From positions 124,001-188,000 of the forward strand of contig OX337237.1 in assembly GCA_946965045.2 (NCBI GenBank): DNA of 64,000 nucleotides. Reading direction: 5' to 3'. Of this stretch, positions 33,701 to 43,888 are shown one piece after another. The stretch is from Epithemia pelagica. Taxonomy: Eukaryota > Protista > Bacillariophyta. The notes beneath the pieces were generated by a model. It did not search any database. It was not told the origin of the DNA and was given only the letters and a program-made list of their open reading frames with translations. The translations under genes and the position numbers were made by a program. Position 1 is the first letter of the stretch, and every line of letters begins with the position of its first letter.

Positions 33701-34521
33701 CCGACAACATGCATGCCGAGTCCGCCTTCTATCGCGGAACAGCTAAGTCTCCCGAAGTCCTCAAGCTGATGTTTCGCCTTCATCGAGTATTGATGAAGGG
33801 AGAGGCCTTCATACACGTTGTATGGGTGGCCGGGAAGAGGATGATCACGCAAGGGACAGACGGGTTGTCACGCTCCGACTTGACAAGCGGCGTCATGAGG
33901 GGAGAGAAGATGCTCGACTTCGTCCCCTTGCATCTCCCAGCAGATCAACGCCAACCACGTGTTCTTTCTTCTTTGCTTCGGCAATTGGTCGACGATACAG
34001 ATGAAATTCACGTGTTGAAAATGAGCGAGTGGTTTTCAAAACCAATGGACAGCGATGGAATCTTCGTGTGGATCCCACCTCCGTGTATTGCCGACGTCGC
34101 TGTGTTCACCATGGCAGAGGCGTGGCACATACGGCCGTGGAATACGCACATATTCATTGCACCCTCTTTGATGAGCGGTCGTTGGCGGCGGATGTTATCC
34201 AAGGCATCTGACATGTTCTGTGTGCTACCTTTTGAGAATGCAATTTGGCCAAAAGATTTGGAACACGAACCGCTAACGATTGCCTTCATTTTTCCTCTGT
34301 TAAACAGAAATCCTTGGCGAGTTAGATTCACGGAGCTTCTCCGTGATGACCGAGATGTGTTGCGTCAGATGCACCGGAAATCTTTCGCACACGCGAGGGA
34401 TTATTTGCGCAAATTATGGGTATGCGCGAGGGCATTGGAAACCCTGCCTGGGGGCGTATCACGCTCAGTGTTATGTAGTCCCGGGAGACCAGGACCCATT
34501 TCCTCGAGACCTCAAGCCTAG
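30727..34521 (+). CDS. Pol ORF2: degenerate C5-MTase-like region, reverse transcriptase, RNase H, Dam-like MT remnant
   Basis: RT: FAVPKG, IRMVYDG, DNDYGEMF, PMGQSPSP, YVDD. RNase H: FGDASG, SSNFRELAN, FTDN, TDGLSR. C-terminal WIPPP...FIAP motif. No ATG at the ORF start. Confidence 0.92.
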   Translation: MQPTSKQAPKERDLEEDNAEKNCGKEAPITESYSSWIRRQVSLAPGSLRLGIISEGLPAWLFLSDNLTNGQLRWLMIPDNQQHWENLIPNDTEVYWLRAKPEDELGAASMESALMDKADCDVILFEGKYRPPRSNSDFWKRSTQLVLSQRSLRGKPPAGWTASSRVLNHAQLGGVTNWSCRMHVWSKAESTVIPFWEDEILQGAVSSFEDLLDKRQTGKRVREDFESPHSSLKNQVDCATIQKKRKKLWTLPTVFGSMRTKRCLTVSEASSCLDVPSSLAKRLNESTSEVVVRELSSPIKVAAALGACLVEWTKKRRRSEEEDDNFSPRRMESKRSRVQCGITSSLNGITDDGANSIASDAPALSTNTRRDRMQAYQRLKDTGADTNTEKAVKHDKAAVPVELWDDRVRYLLGLSKIDDRHRRAFTKMRSVMLRRWKRNVLRSWVDWWNKNKDNIKYNEPRWWKLLYERGYQACRHAFQSDFWSWPSGSGVFFWRWPTEYIRDVALGVPPLWTGVPRQVLEPQQGLGDEDTISKIKEKLDDVRQKKYVAPGQWKATMNYFAVPKGETDIRMVYDGTKSGLNDCLYAPWFPLPDADVLIRTLDDSYWCVDNDYGEMFLNFWIHPELQEFSGMDLTPLFGKTESGELYIEGWYRCPMGQSPSPFNTVQQTRRLKRVMMGDATDEENVFRWAVVRVNLPGSIDYQPGIPWIAKYRSTGELAADAHDYVDDLRGTGPTAEDAWQVSSRIAKTAAFHGVQDAARKRREQTQSPGAWAGVVCGTEPRRPYKTITQEKWEKTKKEVSRLRDELDSLKDASPKNTMNSKTLEQVAGFLNHVGRAFPVIRIYLNGLYATLNSWRPDRDDEGWKIGSDTLHLQDPLGLETPKRVRMVPRMRFDVVALEELTKAVAPPRRMLRPDKQGAVVRYFFGDASGAGFGMSGWTPGDQEVEVDFGAWDQKAMSGSSSNFRELANIVMKVEQMDQEGRLNSLTEVFIFTDNMHAESAFYRGTAKSPEVLKLMFRLHRVLMKGEAFIHVVWVAGKRMITQGTDGLSRSDLTSGVMRGEKMLDFVPLHLPADQRQPRVLSSLLRQLVDDTDEIHVLKMSEWFSKPMDSDGIFVWIPPPCIADVAVFTMAEAWHIRPWNTHIFIAPSLMSGRWRRMLSKASDMFCVLPFENAIWPKDLEHEPLTIAFIFPLLNRNPWRVRFTELLRDDRDVLRQMHRKSFAHARDYLRKLWVCARALETLPGGVSRSVLCSPGRPGPISSRPQA

Positions 34522-35887
34522 ACAATTCGAAATGGACGGGCAAGGGAATCTAGTCGAAGAAGAAGAAGGCTGGGAAACAACAGCTGAAGAGAAACGAGTA
34601 TTGGATGAGTGGTTTTGTCATGCGCGACCTGGCGATCATTTGATAACTCCGTTCCAGTGTGAACTTTGCCATTTTCGGAACGTATTCAAAAGGGATCCTA
34701 ATATGTCTAGCGAAGAGGATAAGTGGGCTTTAAAATGCATTATCCGGGCCAACTTAGACGCTTTCTGGGCTCGCCGGTCCAGCACCGTTCAAGGAAATAC
34801 TCGAGAAATGGCGAGATCAATGGGCATTCTGAGTTCCTTGAGAATCTCTTCGCCAACTTCTATCCATCGCCGAGGGCCCTATCCCATCGAAGACGTTATG
34901 GGGATGATACCGGCCATGATCTCCTTGCAGAGATCTTTGGACAAGGGCCGAAACTCGAAGACCATCCAATGGGACACGATGAGAGGGGTGCGATCGACAT
35001 TTTCGAATTTCATTCACACTACCATCTCCGGAACACGAGGGGCTGTTTTGAGTGACGGTCGTCGATCGACACGAATCACTGAGAGTGTCGCCAATTCGCT
35101 ATGGTTCAAGCGATTCATGGATGGATGCCATGAGCGAATGGGTGATGTGAAAATCCAAGATGCAGCGATGTCCATTGAGTTGCTTTTGGAATTGGAAAAG
35201 TTGTTGGATATACAGTTCCAGCAATTAAAAGAAGGCAAGGTTGATCAGTCCTTGTTCGAGATTGTCACGTTGGGAGCATCGCTAACTTTGTGTTTCTCAA
35301 GCGCGTTGCGAGGAGAAGAACTCGCTCACATTCGGTTGATGGAGACGATTGCTTTCACGAAACAGGGACTCAAGCATCCGAGAAACCCTCACATTCTGTT
35401 GGCTCTGGAAGGTCGATTCAAAGGTCTGATCGCGCGTCAAAAACATAAGATACCACTTGTCTTGACGACGCGATCTGGAATCCCAAATAAGAAATGGTTG
35501 CTTCGGTTGTTTCATGCTTATGAACAATCGGGAGCTCGATATGGGCCGCTTCTTCGGGCGTCTCCTCGGAGCGAAAGAGCAGTGTCAATTCAACAATTGG
35601 ACCTGTGGCTCCACGAAGTGTTAATCGAGTGTCAGAAACAACATCCAGAGTTGCTGGGCAATGACTTGGAATCTTTGGCAACTTACAGTTTTCGACGATC
35701 TCTCAGAAGAGGCTCGACGACCCAAGCCAGGAATCAAAAGGTACCAAAAGATGTGGTGGTTCTCAACAACCGCTGGCGATCTCAGGAACAAGCACGATCG
35801 CGGGTGGCTCAGTCTGACATGATCGACCTGTACACAGATGTCGTCGCAGCCCTATCAACATTGTTACAATATTCGGAAGCGCTGTAA
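34346..35887 (+). CDS. Tyrosine recombinase ORF3 with an N-terminal Zn finger
   Basis: CVRC...CANY...CLGAYHAQC and FQCELC; catalytic-type motifs LRGEE, SFRRSLRRGSTTQA, RW and DLY. It overlaps the 3' end of pol in another frame. Confidence 0.9.
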   Translation: MTEMCCVRCTGNLSHTRGIICANYGYARGHWKPCLGAYHAQCYVVPGDQDPFPRDLKPRQFEMDGQGNLVEEEEGWETTAEEKRVLDEWFCHARPGDHLITPFQCELCHFRNVFKRDPNMSSEEDKWALKCIIRANLDAFWARRSSTVQGNTREMARSMGILSSLRISSPTSIHRRGPYPIEDVMGMIPAMISLQRSLDKGRNSKTIQWDTMRGVRSTFSNFIHTTISGTRGAVLSDGRRSTRITESVANSLWFKRFMDGCHERMGDVKIQDAAMSIELLLELEKLLDIQFQQLKEGKVDQSLFEIVTLGASLTLCFSSALRGEELAHIRLMETIAFTKQGLKHPRNPHILLALEGRFKGLIARQKHKIPLVLTTRSGIPNKKWLLRLFHAYEQSGARYGPLLRASPRSERAVSIQQLDLWLHEVLIECQKQHPELLGNDLESLATYSFRRSLRRGSTTQARNQKVPKDVVVLNNRWRSQEQARSRVAQSDMIDLYTDVVAALSTLLQYSEAL

Positions 35888-35940
35888 CAGAGTGTTGCCA
35901 GGTTCACACCAAATTTTCAAGAGATGATACGGAGGGGGAG

Positions 35941-36375
35941 AGGATTGCACCTCAGTGCAATCTGTCGTTTGCGAACCCACTGACGGAGGAAGATGGGGTT
36001 CGGAGTTATTGGGGTTCTGATTCATTCCCACCTTGGCCGGGGGAATTGGGTCGGACGGCTTTAGCGGAGGTTCGCCCCGCGTGCCGACTCGGGAGTAATA
36101 TCTTGAGGACTACCGGCTTCGGGACTCGTTCGATTCTTCAGGGGGTAAGAGCGGGACTCGCCTTGACAGCGGCAGTCCCGCGTCGATTTTGGTATCCAAC
36201 CACACCTTGATGTGATTTGACACCGCTCCACTGGGAAGGAGTTCCCCTTACCATAAGACGACATAATCTAGAGGATTATGTCTGCTACTACCCAGCGTCA
36301 TTCTACGACTCTTCGCCACGTTCGGTCATGTGTCACAAGAAAGAGAACAGTTTGTCTGGAGGGAAAGAAAGTGCC
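35941..36375 (+). repeat. Split direct repeat B1 (435 bp)
   Basis: Matches 36660-37094. Confidence 0.95.
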
Positions 36376-36635
36376 TTAATGTGCTCAAGCTAATCTGGCG
36401 ATAAAGGCCCAAGAGACTAACTGACGAACGCACAACTGACACATCGACAGAATATGCGACTGACTATCCCAAGACGATCTCGTGCGTATCTTGAAGATCA
36501 AAGATCTACCAGTTTGCATGAAGACGACTTTGGATTGAAAGTTGATCGGGTCACTGTCTTTCAGGTTGATTGTTGGTTGAGGTGCTATACGTTGCAGGTA
36601 TTGTATCTCCTCTTGTGATCATCTGTTTTTGTTTT
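36376..36635 (+). repeat. Split direct repeat A2
   Basis: Matches A1 and abuts B1 directly. Confidence 0.95.
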
Positions 36636-36659
36636 TCCACCCTCCCACCCTGCGTTATA

Positions 36660-37094
36660 AGGATTGCACCTCAGTGCAATCTGTCGTTTGCGAACCCACT
36701 GACGGAGGAAGATGGGGTTCGGAGTTATTGGGGTTCTGATTCATTCCCACCTTGGCCGGGGGAATTGGGTCGGACGGCTTTAGCGGAGGTTCGCCCCGCG
36801 TGCCGACTCGGGAGTAATATCTTGAGGACTACCGGCTTCGGGACTCGTTCGATTCTTCAGGGGGTAAGAGCGGGACTCGCCTTGACAGCGGCAGTCCCGC
36901 GTCGATTTTGGTATCCAACCACACCTTGATGTGATTTGACACCGCTCCACTGGGAAGGAGTTCCCCTTACCATAAGACGACATAATCTAGAGGATTATGT
37001 CTGCTACTACCCAGCGTCATTCTACGACTCTTCGCCACGTTCGGTCATGTGTCACAAGAAAGAGAACAGTTTGTCTGGAGGGAAAGAAAGTGCC
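36660..37094 (+). repeat. Split direct repeat B2
   Basis: Matches B1. Confidence 0.95.
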
Positions 37095-38852
37095 AGAAAT
37101 CTGCGGAAACAAGGAGAATGATGTGGCATCGTTTTTTGTCTTATTTCTTATTATTCTCGTCGTCTAGAAAATAAAACCGCATACAATGCTCTTCGTGATT
37201 TCTCGATGTATATTATTTTTTCATATCGGATATTGCTCAAAGAACCTGGCGCCAACTTTCTAGAAATTCTATATACTCAATAACGTTACTCAATATTGGT
37301 GGTAGACTAATCTACTAGGACCTTGCTAAACACTCCCAGCTCCAGCATTCAGTCCCCCGTAGAATTCTCCGGACGACGTTCCAATATTACAATAAAATAA
37401 AGGCATGAAGCATACTGCATACTGTACTCTACATCCATTACCGTATGATTTTTTGATTCACGAACATTGAATCGGACAGGACTGTCCTACGCGTAGCCAT
37501 CCCACTTCCTTAGGAGTAGCTCTCTAGCTTATTGGACTTCGATTGAGCATCCTGGTCTCTCGAGTTGCATGGTCCTCTTCTACGATTTGAGACACCTATT
37601 CCTCTGTATTAGTGATATTATACTCGAGAGCTCTCACGAAAACCAACGAGTCGAAACGCCTTTTCCCAGTAGTATAGAATTCGAAGCTCGATCCGTTTCG
37701 CGGAGGCGCATGGACCGGTTCCTTTCAGCTTAGCTGCCACCACTGCCGTAAAATGTGTGCATCCGCATTATTTCGATGGTGCCCTTCTTTGGTGCTTGAT
37801 ATGGAGCGAATGTGCCATGGGTTCCTTGTCTCTCACGACTGATGGTCGCCATGATATTCCATATGGAGACGGATTGCTCTGGCCGTGTGTTGATCCGCCA
37901 TTCGTTCGCCAATGACAGCAAAAACAAGAGCCTCAACAAAAAAGGACGGAAATCAGTTTCATGTAGAGCATCTCGATCCATGTTCGTCGTCCAGAATAAT
38001 TGTTGTGGACATGAGTCATCTCGAGATACTTTACTAGAGGCGTACTGCTAGGATGAGTGAGTTTTCGCTCTGCCAACTGCCAACTAGTCTACTCCTATAA
38101 AATAATATACCCATGTAGATCCCGCAAGACTCCAATGGCTGCTCTTCTGGTCGCGGATTATTTCCATGCATATCAGAAGCGCGGGGCGACTCCTTCTCTT
38201 GCAGAGCAGTGTAACCGCGGACCACACAACCGACCAAAAAAAAGATTTGCGAACGGCGTTGTCGTTCTTTGCAGCGAACAGACTGTCGAGCTTCTCATTT
38301 CCTCCCATCGTCGCTGCTCATTATATCCTCTTGAAAAAGGAAGAGGCATATGAGATGTTTTGTCCTTGTTCTCGCCCATTCTCTCTCGGCTCGTGAGACG
38401 GGCCATCCCATTCTCGAGAACAAGAAAGCAGAGGCTAATGAGGATTAGGAAACTGAGAAGACGACGCTCCTAACGACAAGATTCTCTGAAAAAGCATCAT
38501 TCTGCTTCTCATTCGGGAAGAACAACAACAACAACGGCTTTGTTCATCAAATGTACGGATACGATCTCTGGCAAATGGTGTGCCGTAGCTGACAGGCACT
38601 GTTCGTATCGTCTCGAGTCGCAGTGTGGACTATCGTGTGGCTTGCCTCGATCCATGGCCCCGCTTCGCAAAATCGACAAGATCCATCCGTATCCAACCAA
38701 CCACACACACACACACAACACACAACAATCCACCACCGTCTCACCTTTCTGGGCGATTGTGTTTATTTTTTCAAGAAGCATACTTGTGTGAAACCAACAA
38801 CAACAACAACAACAACAAAGACAGCAACAAACAAACAACTTGTATCACCACA

Positions 38853-40559
38853 ATGGTTGTCTCGTGGGGTGTCGATCCGACGCAGATTGAAACGCGTCTC
38901 TTGATCAACAATGAATTTGTACCGGCCCAATCCGGCAAGCAGTTTGCGACCGTTGATCCAGCGACGGAAAAGGTAATTTGTCACGTCCATCAAGCAGGAA
39001 AGGAGGATGTGAATGCGGTGGTACGTATAATTCAACTCCTTCTTGCTAGAGAGCAGTGGTGAAAGGGCTCGACAACTCACACAGTGTGGTGTCTGTGTTT
39101 GTGGATTGTTGTTCACAGGTTGAGGCTGCGACCAAGGCCTTTCAATTGGGATCGCCGTGGCGATCCATGGATGGAAGTGGCCGTCGCGATTTGCTTCTCC
39201 GGTCGGCCAATTTGGTCGAGCGGGACCACGCCTACTTGGAACGTTTGGAAGCCTTGGACAATGGCAAGCCGCTCGGTCATCATCACGCCGGACAGTACGG
39301 TACCGTCGTCGATGTGCAATTGGTCATCAAGACCCTTCGCTACTATGCCGGATGGGCCGACAAGATGACGGGGCAAACCATTCCCATTGACGGCGACTTT
39401 TTGTGTTATACGCGTCGAGAACCGATTGGTGTTTGTGCCGCCATTATTCCCTGGAATTTCCCCCTCGTTCTCTTGACATGGAAACTGGCGGCGGCCGTGG
39501 CCACGGGCAATACGTTGGTCGTCAAAACTTCGGAAAAGACACCGTTGACCGCCTTGTACATGGCCAAGTTGATTCAAGAAGCGCAATTTCCCGCTGGTGT
39601 CGTGAATATCTTTTCCGGTTTTGGACTGGGTGCGGCCGGCGAATGGTTGCCCCGTCATGAGGGCATTCACAAGGTGGCCTTTACGGGCAGCACGGCGGTG
39701 GGACATTTGATTCAACAGTATTCGGCCGAGTCCAATTTGAAAAAGGTGTCGTTGGAATTAGGCGGCAAGTCCCCCATGATTGTTTTGGACGATGCCAATT
39801 TGGACGAGGCAGTCACTCTCGCCCATGTCGCACTCTTTTTGAATCAAGGCCAGTGTTGCTGTGCCGGATCGCGACTCTTTGTTCAAGCTGGTATTTACGA
39901 TGAATTTGTCAAGGCGGTCGTGAACAAGGCTCGGTCCATTGTGGTCGGCGGAGCCTTTGAGGAAAATCGCCTTTGAGGAAAATGGACAAGCCGATCAAGG
40001 ACCGCAGGTCGATACGATTCAATTTCGACGCGTTCTGAAGTATATTGAACAAGGCAAAACGGAAGGTGCCACAGTCGCCACGGGTGGCAAACGCATTGGC
40101 AAACAAGGCTTTTTCATTGAACCCACCGTCTTTACCGGTACGTTGTGACGTGTTTTGTTTTGTGTTTGGAAGATGCAAAGGTCAACCATATCTCACCTAC
40201 TGTTATATCATACCACAGATGTCACGGACGCCATGACGATTGCGCAAGAAGAGATTTTTGGCCCCGTCATGTGCATTCTCAAGTTTGATACCGATGCCGA
40301 AGTGATTGAACGGTCCAATGCTACCAAGTATGGCTTGGCTGCCGGTATTTGTTCGTCCAATGCGGGCCGGGCCTTGTCCATGGCCCATCAGTTGCGCGCG
40401 GGAACTGTCTGGGTCAATACCTTTGATGTCTTTGATCCAGCTGCACCCTTTGGTGGATTCAAGGAATCGGGGATTGGTCGTGACAAAGGAGAAGCCGGAT
40501 TGGACAATTGGGTGGAAACCAAATGTGTCACAGTGGCTGTGAATGGACCCAAAACCTAA
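38853..40559 (+). pseudogene. ALDH: ALDH1/2-family aldehyde dehydrogenase, frameshifted by a 16-nt duplication; introns 39021-39118 and 40138-40218
   Basis: [44 protein letters not shown] and [40 protein letters not shown] at 39953-39983 shifts the frame, giving a stop at 39976. Confidence 0.92.
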
Positions 40560-41161
40560 GAGGTCGATTGCTTTTGACATGCGCTCCTCTCGAGTCGCCC
40601 GAGTATATTGTGGAGAGATTTACATTGGTAGAATTTGCATACAACGCACACGCAGACGCACACACAATACCTTGTCAAGACGTTCTTGTATTCTTCCCAC
40701 TGCATTCCCAACACACTCAATCCTACGCATTGAACACCACAAGAAGCATCTAGTAGTAAAACTGACAATGACGAAACCATAGTTGACCCAAAGCCCTTCC
40801 GACGGATGAACGAACATAAAAAAGATTGTTGATGATCTAATCTTACACACAGCCATGATATATTTGGATAAAGTACACCCAAATCTCCCAAGGATCAAAT
40901 TCTATTAGAACGTAAATAAGGACTATTCGAATCCTTTTGGTAGGAACGACGTGAGCGTGGAGATGGGATAGGACGAGTACAACGGCCGTTAAATACATGC
41001 AGCAAGTAAGATTTCACTCCCGCGCGTCTGGCCAGCTTCGTTCACACGAAAACCTGAGGCGCCACCACTTGACACGCCGTTAAAGAACGTTCAATTCCTC
41101 GTTGTCGGTTCCTGTCAAAACCTAAACGCTCATTTGCCGTCGGTGCCAAAAAAGACTCACC

Positions 41162-42987
41162 ATGGACTCTCCTGATTCATCAACCAGATCTGATTGTCAG
41201 CTCTCATGGACGTACAAAGCTTCCTGGCCTCCATTGTTGGGAGGAGGTCGTCAGCACCATGAAATGGTTGTCGTGCCCACGAATAGTTGTGCGGATCGCA
41301 AATCCAACGCGGCACCGCAAGGGAGTGTCACCGTGGCGGTCCTTGGGGGGCTCCGGTATGGCCCGAAAAATCAAGTGTACAAAACCAACTCAGTTGTGCT
41401 AATGGATCTTTCGACCGACCCGAAGCATATTCCACAATGGCGAGAGGGTCCGAAGATGATTACGTCGAAATACAAGTTTGCGGCAGTCGCATGTAACGGT
41501 GGAGTGTACGCGATTGATACCACAGGTGTGATGGAGCGAATCGATATCGACGATCTTGTGAAACACTCAGAAAAAGGACCAGAAAAGCAACCTTGGAGCA
41601 CTTTGCCCTGCCGATTGGCGGCTCCACGAATGGCATTTGCCGCAGCAGTGGTGGAGGACCGCTATATTGTTTTGGTTGGTGGACAAAGCGGCGAAGAACG
41701 ACATAAACCCTTGTATATTGAAGTTTTCGATACACAAGATTCTTATAAGCACGCACTGCTTCCTGTCCCTAAAGAACATGTACCTCGTACTTATCCAAGC
41801 ACCGTGGCCGTTGGAAACAAGGTCTACATTATTGGTGGAAGACGTCTGCCTGGAGAAACAGAACTGGATTCGGTGGAATGCATCGAATTCAAAATGAAGG
41901 AGAGTGAACATGACGATGCGAAATCTCAAACCCAGGGTGTATCCACCAGTGGTCACTTTGATCCAAAAGTGCTGTCTTGGAAATTGCAGTATAAGTTGCG
42001 CATGTCCGCTGGTCGCTCGAATGCATCTTGTGTTTTGGTTGGATCCAAGATTGTCGTAGCTGGTGGCGCGCAGAATGAACATAGAAGCAGATCTGTGGAA
42101 GTCCTCGATCTTGAACGCCAGACAGTGTCCCTGCTGCCAAACATGAAAGAGAGACGATGGGGTCCATTTCTGGTGGCGCTGCCTGACGGTGGCATGTTGT
42201 TTGCCGTTGGCGTTGGCTTGAAAAACGCTCGAAGTGAATCCTTGTGCTTTGGTGGTCCTCTAGTCAAACCACAGCCATTGGATGATTCTCAGGTAAGCTA
42301 TGGACTGGTGCTGGTCTCACACAATGTGATTAGAGTCGGGTTCTCATCTTGAGTTTTTATTCATAGAAGAGTGAAGATTCATCCCGCGGTGGTGTTGTAG
42401 CGAAGGAGAAACGCCCAGCTCAAGTGGACCTGGAGAATTTGGATGAAGAGCCTAAGAAACGCCAAAAGAACGAACCAGAAGTCAAGGCCCCACCAGTTAT
42501 TACTCCTGACTCCTCCACGCGGGGAGAAAAGAAGCTGTCGATACTGGAACGGTTGAGGCGACTCGAAGCTGCGGTGGAGCCAATGAAACATGCGCAGGAT
42601 CTGGAGAAACGCGTACAGACGATCGAAGTTGAGTTGAAGCGACAGAAAGAGGACACGCCAGGCCACTGCCTGGATCAGCAAGACGACAAGGACGAAAAGA
42701 CTCTGTTGCATCGCATTGGTTCATTGGAACAAAAGGTGTGTGTATCAGACAACAAGCAGCCATCCGATCAAGATGGACCAAACATGGAGAATGGGTCTGT
42801 TCACGTGGTATCTGAAGAGACGCAGCCTTGTGATGTTTCCAACGAAACCATGAGTGCGGAGACCGAAACCCCGGACGCAGTACCAAACATGACAGTGCAG
42901 GATCGTGTCAGCCGATTGGAAGCTACTGTGATTGGAAGTACCATGTTGTACAGTGCATGGATTCTCTGGAATCATTGGACAGCGTAA
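41162..42987 (+). CDS. Kelch-repeat + coiled-coil protein with a hydrophobic C-terminal tail (paralogue A, apparently intact); exons 41162..42292 and 42367..42987
   Basis: Kelch blades (VYIIGG, IVVAGG) and an in-frame GT..AG intron 42293-42366. It ends RLEATVIGSTMLYSAWILWNHWTA. Confidence 0.85.
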
Positions 42988-43507
42988 ATGATACGATTCT
43001 CTCTTGCTTCATTCGTCTCGATGGATTATATCGATGCATCAACACGAGACCCTGCCATTGGAAAAGTCCCATTCTATATACCACAACAATATCTGTTATG
43101 ATGTTCTTGACGAAGAATTGCGTCCAACCACTCAAACTGTATCCTTCTTTTATGTCTGTGGGTTCAGATCATGCAGGAAGATGCTACCCTGTCGTTGGGA
43201 AGGCATTATTCAATACCATTAGAATACCCGATATTTTGGTCAACTCAAAACCTTAAACCATCAAACTGTCATACTGTTGTGTTACTCGTAACTTGGTCTC
43301 TTTCCGATCAATATTTGAACGTTGACGGATGTTCGAAAAGTAGCAGTAGATGTGATGCTCGAATCTAGTTTCATGCGTTGGGCGGCAAGGAAAGCGTCCA
43401 TAAGAGTGTCCACAGTACACACAAAAAGTTCCGCAAGTGTTGGCTCAGCAGAGAGCACATTGCCTCCGAAAGCCCAGCATAGAGAGCGACTGAGCGAGGA
43501 AAATGCT

Positions 43508-43888
43508 TCAAGTTGATGCACCAAGCAGGAAGGAGGAACCGAAACTGACAAGAGCAAATGGAGGCATTGGAGCAACCGTTGCCGGTCGTAGAAGATTACT
43601 TTTGCCCTTCTCATTGAGTGTCGGAGGCTGATGTTTCGAAACACCGAGAAATCTTTGCAATCTTTCCAGTCTGATCTTCAAAACAGATAGTGTCTCCCAT
43701 TTATGTGTACAAAGAGGGCGTTGCTGCTTCAAAGTCACTTTATGGGAGCACCGCGAACAATCGAATCTATGGTGCCTTTGGATTTTGTCAATGATCCGAT
43801 TCTCTCTTGTCGTCCTCCTTGGAAAAGGCTTAAGTATGTCGACTATATCATTCCACAACAGCGATGAGCCCCTGGCTTTTATTTGCAT
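43508..43888 (-). CDS. Unknown short ORF (orfX copy 1)
   Basis: 126-aa ORF homologous to the frameshifted copy at 47331-~47700. The two share LWND.V.ILKPF, KQQRP.CT, QRFLGVS.HQPPT.NEK and the same stop (G.ST*). Confidence 0.4.
   Translation of the reverse strand: MQIKARGSSLLWNDIVDILKPFPRRTTRENRIIDKIQRHHRFDCSRCSHKVTLKQQRPLCTHKWETLSVLKIRLERLQRFLGVSKHQPPTLNEKGKSNLLRPATVAPMPPFALVSFGSSFLLGAST

Larger units (their letters stand above)
27577..37094 (+). mobile_element. Tyrosine-recombinase (DIRS-order, Ngaro-like) retrotransposon with split direct repeats A1-gag-pol-YR-B1-A2-B2, 9,518 bp
   Basis: A copies at 27577-27836 and 36376-36635; B copies at 35941-36375 and 36660-37094; no mismatches seen by eye. 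It carries three long intact ORFs, and GCC is shared at the left flank and at the B ends. Confidence 0.95.

Noticed and set aside
35941-36375. Hammerhead ribozyme in repeat B
   Set aside because: CTGACGG does not fit the CUGANGA core and no suitably placed GAAA with flanking stems was found.
37730-38500. Short ORFs between the retrotransposon and ALDH
   Set aside because: They are short, overlapping and have no recognisable domain.
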